Positions 8,897-17,813 of a DNA stretch of 64,000 bases are shown here, in pieces (positions within the stretch are counted from its first letter, which is position 1; each line of letters starts with the position of its first letter). Source of the stretch: Limisphaerales bacterium (lineage in GTDB: Bacteria; Verrucomicrobiota; Verrucomicrobiia; Limisphaerales; AAA164-E04); the NCBI GenBank assembly GCA_965204945.1, contig OZ242022.1, positions 3,554,333 through 3,618,332 of the forward strand, written 5' to 3'. A program made the translations under genes and the position numbers. Below the pieces are notes generated by a model. It was not told the DNA's origin, searched no databases, and saw only the letters and a list, made by a program, of their open reading frames with translations.

Positions 8897-9961
8897 ATGA
8901 GCCAGACCATCGCAAAGAACGCGCTTTCCGTCGCAGAGAGCGGGGCGGGCGGCGCGGACGCTTCTTCCCAAGTCGGCGAGAGCGATCTGCAAGCCATTCA
9001 GGAACTGCGCCGCCTCTACCGGGAAATGGGCAAAGAACTCGGCAAAGCCATCATCGGCCAGACCGCAGTCGTCGAAAGCCTGCTGGTTTGCATTCTGGCT
9101 CGGGGGCATTCCCTGCTGATGGGCGTTCCCGGTTTGGCCAAGACGACCATCGTCAACTCGATTTCGCAGATTATGTCTTTGGACTTCCGCCGCATTCAGT
9201 TCACGCCCGACTTGATGCCTTCGGATATTACCGGCACGGACATTCTTCAAGAATCCGACCAACCGGGACGGCGGGAGTTTATCTTCGTCAAGGGGCCGAT
9301 ATTCGGCAACATCGTGCTGGCGGATGAAATCAACCGCACGCCGCCGAAGACGCAGTCCGCGCTTTTGGAGGCGATGCAGGAGCATCGAGTCACCGCCTCC
9401 GGAAAAGTCTTTGATCTTCCCTCTCCCTTCTTCGTTTTGGCGACACAGAATCCCATTGAGCAAGAAGGCACTTACTCCCTTCCCGAAGCGCAGTTGGATC
9501 GTTTTATGTTCTTCATTCACGTGGACTACCCCAGCGCGGCGGAAGAACTGCGAATCGCCAAAGAAACCACCGGCGGCGCCAGGCCGTCGCTCAAGCATCT
9601 CCTATCCGGCAAGCAAGTGATCCAGTTTCAAGAAGTGGTGCAGCGCGTTCCCGTTCCCGACCACGTCTATGAAACTGCCGTTAGGTGGGTTCGCTCTTCT
9701 CGACCGCAATCAGAGGATGCGCCGAACTTCGTCAAGCAGTGGGTCACTTGGGGTGCGGGGCCTCGGGCCGTTCAATACCTCATCCGCGGCGCCAAGGCGC
9801 GGGCCGTGCTTCATGGAAGCTACCTTGTGCGCGTCGAAGATTTGATCGCCGTTGCCGAACCGGTGCTCAGCCATCGCATCCTCACCAACTTCCACGCCCA
9901 AGCCGAAGGCGTCACCAGCCGCACCGTGATCGAAAAACTCATCGAGCCGGCGATTCGTTAA
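8897..9961 (+). CDS. MoxR-family AAA+ ATPase
   Basis: Walker A-type LLMGVPGLAKT, Walker B NIVLADEINR, and the typical MoxR strings IIGQTAVVESLLVCILARGH and PEAQLDRF. Confidence 0.9.
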   Translation: MSQTIAKNALSVAESGAGGADASSQVGESDLQAIQELRRLYREMGKELGKAIIGQTAVVESLLVCILARGHSLLMGVPGLAKTTIVNSISQIMSLDFRRIQFTPDLMPSDITGTDILQESDQPGRREFIFVKGPIFGNIVLADEINRTPPKTQSALLEAMQEHRVTASGKVFDLPSPFFVLATQNPIEQEGTYSLPEAQLDRFMFFIHVDYPSAAEELRIAKETTGGARPSLKHLLSGKQVIQFQEVVQRVPVPDHVYETAVRWVRSSRPQSEDAPNFVKQWVTWGAGPRAVQYLIRGAKARAVLHGSYLVRVEDLIAVAEPVLSHRILTNFHAQAEGVTSRTVIEKLIEPAIR

Positions 9962-9969
9962 ACATAGCA

Positions 9970-10878
9970 ATGGCCGACGGCGGACAAAAATCGTGGATTG
10001 ATTCCCGCGTCCTTTCGCGTCTAAAAGCGCAGCCCCTCTACGCTCGCCGCGATGTGGAAGGAACCGTCTCCGGCCTCCACAAAAGCCCTCATCGGGGTTC
10101 CAGCGTCGAATTTGCCGAATATCGTCAATACGTTCCCGGAGACGACCTGCGACGTTTGGACTGGCGAGTCCTTGCCCGCACCGACCGTTATTATCTCAAG
10201 GAATTCGAAGCCGAAACCAACCTTCGCTCCTATCTCGTTTTGGATGCGAGCGGCTCCATGCAATTTGGCGGGGCTGATTCCACGAAACTGGCCTACGCAA
10301 AAAAACTCCTGGCGACATTGGCTTGGCTTCTCATCCACCAAGGCGACGCCGCCGGACTCTTGGCTGTTGGCGAGCAAACCGTTTTGGACGTCCCTCCCCG
10401 CCGCAACCCCGCCCACTTGCAACTCATCCTAGACTCTTTGGATGGACTCAAAACCGGCGGGCGCACCGGTTTGGCGAACGGCTTGCACGAACTGGCCGAG
10501 CGCCTCCCGCGGCGGGCGCTCGTCATTCTCTTTTCCGATTGCTTCTGCGAGGCGGGAGAACTCATGGCCTCCTTGCAACACCTCAACTTCGAGCGCCACG
10601 ATGTGGCGGTTTTTCACTTGCTAGACACTCAGGAAATTCGCTTCGAATTCGACCGCCCTCTGCGCTTCATCGACCTAGAAGGCGGCGCCGGGCAAGTGGC
10701 CGAACCCTCAGTCATACGAAACGAATACCTGCGTCGGCTTCGGCAATTTATGGACGCGCTGCAAAAGGGCTGCCGAGAGTTCGGCATCGACTACCGCCGC
10801 GTCCTAACCTCCGAAGATTACGAAACCGTTCTGGCCGATTTCCTCCTCGAGCGATCCCGGCCTTCCGCAATCCGATGA
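9970..10878 (+). CDS. DUF58 domain protein (MoxR partner)
   Basis: HKSPHRGSSVEFAEYRQYVPGDDLRRLDWRVLARTDRYYLKEFEAE is the hallmark DUF58 motif. The ATG at 9970 lies 9 nt after the moxR stop. The longer ORF from 9685 overlaps moxR and is rejected. Confidence 0.85.
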   Translation: MADGGQKSWIDSRVLSRLKAQPLYARRDVEGTVSGLHKSPHRGSSVEFAEYRQYVPGDDLRRLDWRVLARTDRYYLKEFEAETNLRSYLVLDASGSMQFGGADSTKLAYAKKLLATLAWLLIHQGDAAGLLAVGEQTVLDVPPRRNPAHLQLILDSLDGLKTGGRTGLANGLHELAERLPRRALVILFSDCFCEAGELMASLQHLNFERHDVAVFHLLDTQEIRFEFDRPLRFIDLEGGAGQVAEPSVIRNEYLRRLRQFMDALQKGCREFGIDYRRVLTSEDYETVLADFLLERSRPSAIR

Positions 10879-10915
10879 AGACAACCCTTCGGCATCGCGA
10901 TCCGCCTCTTCCGGC

Positions 10916-13024
10916 ATGAGCTTTCTCCAGCCCTTCATACTTTTTGGCCTGCCCTTGGCGCTGCTGCCAATCCTCATCCATTTGCTCAACCGCCTTCGCC
11001 ATCGTCCGCAGCCTTGGGGCGCTATGCAGTTCCTTTTGGCCGCTTCCCGCAGCTCGGTGAACCGCGCCCGGCTGCGCCAGTTTCTCATTCTCCTTTTTCG
11101 CGTGCTGGCCGTTTTAGCCCTCGTCCTCTTTCTTGCGCGCCCACTGGCCGGAGGCTGGTTGGGATGGGCCGTTTCCGCCGCTCCGGACGCCATCTTGCTG
11201 TTGGTGGATCGTTCGGCCAGCATGGAACATTTCTCCGGCGCCGGCGCTGTTTCTAGGCGAGAGAAAGTACTGCAGCTCATGGCCGAATCCGCCCAAAAAT
11301 TTGAGGAAACAAGCCATCTGATCCTCGTCGACTCCGCGCTTCGCCAGCCCCAAGCCCTGCTCAAGGCTGAAAGCCTGCTGGATCATCCCCTCACCAACGC
11401 CACCGACGCCGCTGCCGACATTCCCGCCATGTTGCAATCGGCGCTTTCCTGGCTGTTGGAAAATCAGGCGGGAAACGCCGAAATCTGGATCGGCTCGGAC
11501 ATGCAATCCAGCAACTGGCAAGCCGAAGACGACCGCTGGATATCACTAGCTGGGAAACTGCAGACGCTCCTTCAAACCGTGAAAATCCGACTCCTCGCCG
11601 CCAACGCGAATTCCACCCAAAGCGACGCATCGATAAGCCTCCGCGAACAAACCCGCCAAACCCGCGAAGGATCGCGCGAAGCAGTCTTTACCCTCGACAT
11701 AACCCGATCCGCAGAAAGCGCCTCCCCTCTGTCTGTCGAACAGAACTTGGACGGCATCAGCACGGAACTGCCCTTCGACGCCCAGTCCCAGAAACAACGC
11801 TGGCGACGGCGCGTGAACCTTCCCTCCCAAAACGCCTCCGGTTGGGGATTTTTCTCCACTCCGCCCGACGCCAACAACCGAAACAACGCCGCCTACTTTG
11901 TCTACGGCCAAACGGCCAAACCGGCGGCGCTTGTTCTCTCCTCCGATCCTATCGCCGGCCCCGTTCTCCAAATCGCCGCCGACAATTATCAAACCGATCC
12001 GCCGCAATTCGCCGCCCTGCATTCCCGTTGGAACACCGCCCCAGAATCGCGGCAAGAGACCACCCTTCTAATCTGGCAAAAACAACTTCCCGAAGAAAAG
12101 GAAGCCAAAGCCCTGGAAACATTTGCCAAACAAGGCGGCGTCGTGCTGTTCCTCCCTCCAACAGACTTAGAAAACGCGCGCTCCCCAAACCCGCTTGCGG
12201 AGTCGGACGGCAACCATTTTCACGGCATTCGATGGGAATCAATCGAAACAAACCCCGCCAACGATCCCTTCAAAATAGGCCAATGGGACCAAACTTCAGG
12301 GCCTCTGGCAGACACGGAAGAAGGAATCAACCTGCCTTTGGAACTTCTCAACATTCGCCAACGAAGACGCTTGACCGATCTCCACTCCTCAAACAACGCG
12401 GACAAAAGAACGGACGCATCCGCCTTCGCTTCCTTTCAAGACGGCAATCCGCTCCTAGTCCGAATCGCCATCGGGCAAGGCGCCGCTTGGTTTCTCGCCA
12501 CGTTGCCTCGCCCCGATTGGTCCTCGCTGGCCGATGGAAACGTTCTCATTCCGCTTGTCCAACGTCTCCTTCAAAACAGCGCCCGCCGGCAGGAAAAAAC
12601 AATCTCCGCTATCGCCGGAGAGACGAACCCGGCCATCGAATCAACCACCTGGAATCCCGTTGTCGGACGGAAAAACGCGGACTTTCGATGGCATGCGGGC
12701 ATTTATCAATCCGAAACATCCGCAGAGAATTTCCGGAGCGGAAAAGAATCGCCCGCATGGCTCGCCGTCAATCGATCTCCGCTTGAAGATGACTCTGGAC
12801 AACTCGCCATTGAAGAAATCCGCCCTCTCTTTGGCAATCTTCCGCTGGCCGTGCACCAAAAGGCAAACGAACAAAACGCGCCTCTTCAAAGCGAAGCCTG
12901 GCGCCTTTTCCTACTGGGAATGCTCGTCTTCCTTTTAGGGGAAGGTTGCCTCACACTCCCCTCGTCAAAACCAAAGCCCGTTGCTACCCATCGCCCGCAA
13001 AATCCGATGCAGGCAGAATGCTAA
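10916..13024 (+). CDS. BatA (aerotolerance regulator N-terminal) domain membrane protein
   Basis: The N-terminus MSFLQPFILFGLPLALLPILIHLLNRLRHR matches the BatA N-terminal double-TM signature. A C-terminal TM is present (LFLLGMLVFLLG). It follows MoxR and DUF58, as in Bat-type operons. Confidence 0.75.
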   Translation: MSFLQPFILFGLPLALLPILIHLLNRLRHRPQPWGAMQFLLAASRSSVNRARLRQFLILLFRVLAVLALVLFLARPLAGGWLGWAVSAAPDAILLLVDRSASMEHFSGAGAVSRREKVLQLMAESAQKFEETSHLILVDSALRQPQALLKAESLLDHPLTNATDAAADIPAMLQSALSWLLENQAGNAEIWIGSDMQSSNWQAEDDRWISLAGKLQTLLQTVKIRLLAANANSTQSDASISLREQTRQTREGSREAVFTLDITRSAESASPLSVEQNLDGISTELPFDAQSQKQRWRRRVNLPSQNASGWGFFSTPPDANNRNNAAYFVYGQTAKPAALVLSSDPIAGPVLQIAADNYQTDPPQFAALHSRWNTAPESRQETTLLIWQKQLPEEKEAKALETFAKQGGVVLFLPPTDLENARSPNPLAESDGNHFHGIRWESIETNPANDPFKIGQWDQTSGPLADTEEGINLPLELLNIRQRRRLTDLHSSNNADKRTDASAFASFQDGNPLLVRIAIGQGAAWFLATLPRPDWSSLADGNVLIPLVQRLLQNSARRQEKTISAIAGETNPAIESTTWNPVVGRKNADFRWHAGIYQSETSAENFRSGKESPAWLAVNRSPLEDDSGQLAIEEIRPLFGNLPLAVHQKANEQNAPLQSEAWRLFLLGMLVFLLGEGCLTLPSSKPKPVATHRPQNPMQAEC

Positions 13025-13028
13025 TCCT

Positions 13029-14306
13029 TTAGAAACAGCGGATGACTTCCGGCTTCCGACCCGGCAGTTTGCAAAAGGCCAAGCCTTCGCTCAATCGGTT
13101 TTCCGAGAATTCTTTTGCCATCACTTTTCGGCCGAAAATGCCCTTGAGCGGCGTCAATCCTCGGTCGGATTGATTGCAGGCGAAGCAGATTGCCGTGCCG
13201 ATTTGCGTCATGTAGTCGTAATCTTGGCCTTCAAAATCTTTCGGATTCTGCGAAAGAAGCGTCACCGCGCAACCTCGCTGGCGGGTTTGCGTAATCATTT
13301 CCTGAAGCGAGTCGCTGCGGTTTTTGTGCAGCACACGATTGGCTTCGTCGATCACTAGCAGATGCCGAAGCGTCCGATGCCCATTGCGAAGAGGCGCATC
13401 GTCTCTACTGAGCCAAAAGGCCGCTTCGGCGTCTAAGAGCAGCTGCATAATGAGATTTCGATAGCTCTGCGGAATGTCCGGCGAAAGGGAAAGCGCCCAA
13501 GATTGCGAGAAGAACTTTTCCGGCGGCATGGACGGCTCAAAGACATGAAAACGCGTGAGTTCGCTCAGCACGCTGGAAACGCTGTCGGGATGGGCGTTTT
13601 CTTCTTCCAGAGCGGCGTCATAAGCGGATTGGATGCCGTCTATACTGCGGTCCGCTTTGGAGCGGGCGACGCTTTCCACACAATTCAAAAGACGGTTTTT
13701 CTGCGTAGTGCTTGCCGAGTGCGCCGGCCGGCACAAAGAATCGCGCAAACGGATGCAAGCGCCTTGCAAGGCGGTGTTGCCTCGGCTCGCTTTGGGAAGA
13801 AAGTCCAGCGGAATGGCTTCGCTGCCGACCACCAGCGTATTCACATCGGCAATTTCATTAAAGGCTTTGTGATACTGACATCCGGGAGCAAAGTCTGGTT
13901 TGGGATCAATGTAAAGCAATGGAGCGCGAGTTTTCTGGAGAATTTGACGGATCAAATGAACGCCGATGCGGGTTTTGCCGGTGCCGGTTTTTCCCATGAG
14001 GACAATGTGCGGCGAGCCGGGTCCGTTGAGCGCAAAGTCCACGAATTCCCCTTCCGGATGCGTCTTGCCAACCGGCCCCAAGCGCAATCGAACCGCGCCA
14101 GAAACCTCCGCGGCGGGAGAATCGATGGTTGCCTCCGTTGCCGAGGATTCCGGCAAAAGGTTGGCGAGGCTCTGCGCCAACTTCGCCACTTCACCCTTCG
14201 CCTTTTCCCAATCATCGAGAATCCACTTGCCGCCGCGCGCCCAATGCGCTTCCACCGCCTTGCGAAAGTCATCCAAGCGGTCGTTGGCGTCATCCAAAGC
14301 GTCCAC
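13029..14306 (-). CDS. HerA/FtsK-like (DUF87-type) P-loop ATPase
   Basis: Walker A LMGKTGTGKT, Walker B LLVIDEANRV, then RQRGCAVTLLSQNPKDF, which resembles the HerA/FtsK RKxG...TQRP block. The listed start is GTG. An ATG at 14331 comes into frame if the A5 run (14321-14325) is one base shorter. Confidence 0.7.
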   Translation of the reverse strand: MDALDDANDRLDDFRKAVEAHWARGGKWILDDWEKAKGEVAKLAQSLANLLPESSATEATIDSPAAEVSGAVRLRLGPVGKTHPEGEFVDFALNGPGSPHIVLMGKTGTGKTRIGVHLIRQILQKTRAPLLYIDPKPDFAPGCQYHKAFNEIADVNTLVVGSEAIPLDFLPKASRGNTALQGACIRLRDSLCRPAHSASTTQKNRLLNCVESVARSKADRSIDGIQSAYDAALEEENAHPDSVSSVLSELTRFHVFEPSMPPEKFFSQSWALSLSPDIPQSYRNLIMQLLLDAEAAFWLSRDDAPLRNGHRTLRHLLVIDEANRVLHKNRSDSLQEMITQTRQRGCAVTLLSQNPKDFEGQDYDYMTQIGTAICFACNQSDRGLTPLKGIFGRKVMAKEFSENRLSEGLAFCKLPGRKPEVIRCF

Positions 14307-14400
14307 CGCGTCGCGGTATCTTTTTGCTCATTGGCGCAAGTTGTCCACGTGTTTGACAACGGATCATAAACTAAATCCTATGGCGAAAGGAAATTCCTTT

Positions 14401-14817
14401 TTACTTGTTATCTAAATAAGTTTTCAGGCGAGCTATCTTGCGCTTGAATGCACGATCATTTTTCATATCATGTTCCCAAAATCTAATAACATTCCAGCCT
14501 TTGCCTTTTAAATGCTTGACAACGGATTTATCACGTTTGACGTTGCGGGAGATTTTGCCTTCCCAATAATTTCGATTCGTTAAAGGCATGCGACAATGTT
14601 TTGGACAACCATGCCAAAAGCATCCATCTATAAATACGGCAATCTTTTGTTTTGTAAACACAAAATCAGGGCGGCCATAAAGCGAATAATTCCGTCGCCA
14701 TCCGGTAACTTTTGCAATGCGAAGAAGTTTGATAAAGGCTAATTCTGTCGAGCCATTGCCTTTTGAAGTAATGCTTCCCATAATTTGTGAACGTTTTTGG
14801 CGAGAGACGGTATCCAT
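14401..14817 (-). CDS. vsr: Very short patch repair endonuclease
   Basis: RSQIMGSI...TELAFIKLL...GRPDFVF...IAVFIDGCFWHGCPKHC...NRNYWEGKI.RN..RD are canonical Vsr motifs. The ATG at 14817 is 2 nt after the upstream stop. Confidence 0.9.
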   Translation of the reverse strand: MDTVSRQKRSQIMGSITSKGNGSTELAFIKLLRIAKVTGWRRNYSLYGRPDFVFTKQKIAVFIDGCFWHGCPKHCRMPLTNRNYWEGKISRNVKRDKSVVKHLKGKGWNVIRFWEHDMKNDRAFKRKIARLKTYLDNK

Positions 14818-14819
14818 GT

Positions 14820-15554
14820 TCACAAAACTTCCACCCAAGAGTCGTCAAATTTCAATACGTCTAAAATTTGATCCTGATCCAGCTGATGGGGTTTCCGAAT
14901 CCGAATGGCCAAGCGATTATCCGCAACGGATTCGATGATTGTAAATTGTGATCCATGAGGTTGCCATGTAAAGACATGTGCGTCATCTTTTCTTGAATGA
15001 CCTTGCAAGTTATTTCGCTTGTTCCACTTCCACCAATATTCACCGCTTGGATAGATGACTGTTTCAAATTCAAACACGGCAAGTTCAAGAAGATCATCTG
15101 ATTTTATGAGCACAACGGTGCGAACGTGTTTGTAGAGTTTTCGGATACCAGCGACTCGTTCGTTCCAAATGGAAAGCACCTTTTCTCCCAATTCATTTGG
15201 ATCGCATTCGCTAACCTTTTGGTCTCCAAACGAATAAACGGGTGAGTTTCTGCCCGATATTAAGCGGATTTTTGAAACCGTTGCCGGGCGTTTATTTTTA
15301 ATGGTTTTGGCGCCCCAAGCAGTTTGTTGTAAGATTATATCATCCAAACCAACATTGGAAGGTTTCCATTTAGCTCCAACAAGTCGAGCAAATATCTCCT
15401 CCCAATCTGACCCCTCCAAGCGAGGCGTACCTCGCGATGCTAAGAAATAAACAATTTCCTTTCCCAATTTGAGAGCAAAATCTTTTGGAAAAGTATTGAG
15501 AGGATAAGGTGGTTGGTATTTCTCAACAGTGCGAAGCTTTGGTCTTTTTTCCAT
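14820..15554 (-). CDS. Type II restriction endonuclease candidate (partner of the m5C methyltransferase)
   Basis: 244-aa AT-rich ORF sandwiched between the C5-MTase and Vsr, overlapping the MTase gene by 32 nt. No specific family recognised; the call rests on context. Confidence 0.55.
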   Translation of the reverse strand: MEKRPKLRTVEKYQPPYPLNTFPKDFALKLGKEIVYFLASRGTPRLEGSDWEEIFARLVGAKWKPSNVGLDDIILQQTAWGAKTIKNKRPATVSKIRLISGRNSPVYSFGDQKVSECDPNELGEKVLSIWNERVAGIRKLYKHVRTVVLIKSDDLLELAVFEFETVIYPSGEYWWKWNKRNNLQGHSRKDDAHVFTWQPHGSQFTIIESVADNRLAIRIRKPHQLDQDQILDVLKFDDSWVEVL

Positions 15555-16578
15555 ATTTGACTTTCTCTTCTAATAGAATCATCCGTTTGTGGACAGATTT
15601 TTCTCTTCTGATGAATTCATTGTACACTCCGTTATGCCAGCTTTGAGCTGTGAACAGTTGAAAGATTACAGATTGCGCAACAGGCACGGGAAGACTGTTT
15701 CCAGCTTGCTTTCTTGTTTGGCTGTCATTGCAAACTATCTGGAACGAATCTGGAAAACCTTGAAGTCGAAGCATTTCTCGCGGAGTAAGACGACGTTCGC
15801 CATTCACAAGAAGGTAGTTATAGGAAGCACCAGCTCTCAAGGCGCAGGAAAAGGGGTATGCGCTAATATGCCCACCTTTATTCTCGTGCCAGATCGTGGG
15901 TTCACAAGTAGGCGGATGTTTGGACAATCGCTTCTTTCTGATGTGATCGGAAACGAAGTACTTTTTTGAAACATCCTTTTCCAAGACAGATTCTAGAGAA
16001 ATCATCTCGACGTTTTCATTTGGCCAAACGAGCATTTCTCCTTTCCGCGTCCCAACGATAAAAATACGTTCTCGTTTCTGAGGCAAACCGAAATCTAGAG
16101 CATTCAAAATTCGACAATCGCAGTTGTAACCCAGTTCACTCAGAGATTCCAAAATGCGATTCAGCGTTTCGCCACTATTGTGGCCTTTCAGCGTTTTGAC
16201 ATTCTCAAGAACAAACGCAGCGGGTTTTTTACTTTTGATAATTCGAGCAATCTCGAAAAACAACGTGCCTCGAGCGTCATCGAATCCTCTTCGATGGCCG
16301 ATGATGCTGAACGGTTGGCAGGGAAATCCGGCAAGAAGCAAGTCGTGATTGGGAATTTTTGAGACGCGAATTTTGGAGATGTCCCCGGCCGGTCGCTCGT
16401 TAAAATTCGCTTCGTACGCCTCTTGGCAACCTTCGTCAATGTCGGATGAAAAGACGCACTTGGCATGAACGCCGAGCAAAGAAGCCGCTTTTTCGGCGGC
16501 AATGCGGAAGCCTCCGATGCCGCAGAACAAATCGACGAATCGAATCTTGGTTTTTCGAACACTGCTTTTCATTTCCAA
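15523..16578 (-). CDS. DNA (cytosine-5)-methyltransferase
   Basis: Motif I FVDLFCGIGGF, motif IV GFPCQPFS, motif VI ENV, motif VIII QKRERIFIVG, motif X GNSLPVPV. Confidence 0.95.
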   Translation of the reverse strand: MEMKSSVRKTKIRFVDLFCGIGGFRIAAEKAASLLGVHAKCVFSSDIDEGCQEAYEANFNERPAGDISKIRVSKIPNHDLLLAGFPCQPFSIIGHRRGFDDARGTLFFEIARIIKSKKPAAFVLENVKTLKGHNSGETLNRILESLSELGYNCDCRILNALDFGLPQKRERIFIVGTRKGEMLVWPNENVEMISLESVLEKDVSKKYFVSDHIRKKRLSKHPPTCEPTIWHENKGGHISAYPFSCALRAGASYNYLLVNGERRLTPREMLRLQGFPDSFQIVCNDSQTRKQAGNSLPVPVAQSVIFQLFTAQSWHNGVYNEFIRREKSVHKRMILLEEKVKYGKKTKASHC

Positions 16579-16629
16579 TGGATTACTTGATGTCTGGTTT
16601 CCGTCTGCACGGTGTTTTAGAAAATCCCG

Positions 16630-17616
16630 CTATTTTGAATCGGACTCTGGCAAAATGTTGCGCGCTACCTCAATCACTTTTAAATCCGAATCGCTTGAAG
16701 TTTGCCCGATAAAACCGGTTGGGACGTTGCCGAAAACAGCTCGAGTCGCCTCCATTAAAACGGCGTCTTTGGTTTGCGTTTGCGCCGCCGCGTTGGAAAA
16801 CGCTTGGAGGGTGCGAATGCTGTTCGCTCGATGATTGTTGATTATGGCGAGATGTTTCAACGCTCTGTAGTTGCGGCCGCACCAGATCGTTCCCGTCAGC
16901 AACACAGCCAAAATAACCATCTTTGTGCCGATTTTCTGGAAGATCTGGCCTTGATCCAATCCAGACTCCGTCCAAAACCACATCCCTAAGGCTACCACCA
17001 CGGTGACGAATGCAGCTCCAATCGTTCCCCTCAACCATATTTTGGCGCTCTTTTCCATTTTGCCGGCAACATTCTCGAAGTCTTTCGTAAAGACAGCAGC
17101 GCCTGCCTTTGCTGATGCTTCGCGAGCTTTGGCGATGATCTCTTCCATCTCGGATGCACCTTTCTTAGCGGCGGTCACTGTCTTCTCGACTTCCTTCGCC
17201 GAACGAGTAATCTTCTCGATGTTCTGATCGATATCGCCGCGTTGGCAAGCCAAATAAGCCGCCCACGGAGCTGATGTCTCAAAAAACGGATTCGTCGATT
17301 GTTGAATGGATCTAACGTGGTAAGATTTGTCCGAATTACCAGAGATCCCAAGACTGAATTGATCGAGATGTTCGAAACTCACAGCCACCTGACGAGTGAG
17401 TGCATTGATGTTGTCAATCGTTTTTTCCAAAAGACGTTCGAGAGGCAAATTAATCAATTGCTGGGCAAGTCTGTAGGTGCGCTCAATGTTCGATTGAATT
17501 TCTTCAAAATGGAACTCTCCCCATTCTCGACGCCTGATGAGTCTCGACTGATCGAGATTGAGAATGCGTTGCAGTTCCTTTTTGAGATTGCTGACTTTTT
17601 CCGATTCGTTAGCCAT
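16630..17616 (-). CDS. Hypothetical 2-TM membrane protein with long helical N-terminal domain
   Basis: 328-aa ORF. The N-terminal ~190 aa is charged and helical (repeats of K/E/A). Two hydrophobic helices follow (GTIGAAFVTVVVALGMWFW and MVILAVLLTGTIWCG), then a ~90-aa C-terminal domain. It is the first gene of the RM gene string. Confidence 0.6.
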   Translation of the reverse strand: MANESEKVSNLKKELQRILNLDQSRLIRRREWGEFHFEEIQSNIERTYRLAQQLINLPLERLLEKTIDNINALTRQVAVSFEHLDQFSLGISGNSDKSYHVRSIQQSTNPFFETSAPWAAYLACQRGDIDQNIEKITRSAKEVEKTVTAAKKGASEMEEIIAKAREASAKAGAAVFTKDFENVAGKMEKSAKIWLRGTIGAAFVTVVVALGMWFWTESGLDQGQIFQKIGTKMVILAVLLTGTIWCGRNYRALKHLAIINNHRANSIRTLQAFSNAAAQTQTKDAVLMEATRAVFGNVPTGFIGQTSSDSDLKVIEVARNILPESDSK

Positions 17617-17813
17617 TGCCGTACCGGTAGATTTGCAAGTTGCCGATTTTGCTTAATTCCAAACGCCGGGGATGTTGCTTGAATTTTTAATTGTTGGCAA
17701 AATCTTTTCTCTGATTTTGTTTGGGATTGTTTTCTGGGTTGGGTTTTTGCACAATTAAAGTTCTTCGTTTTGGTTTTTGAGGATCGGTGATTGGAGACGA
17801 GATTGGTTTGGTT

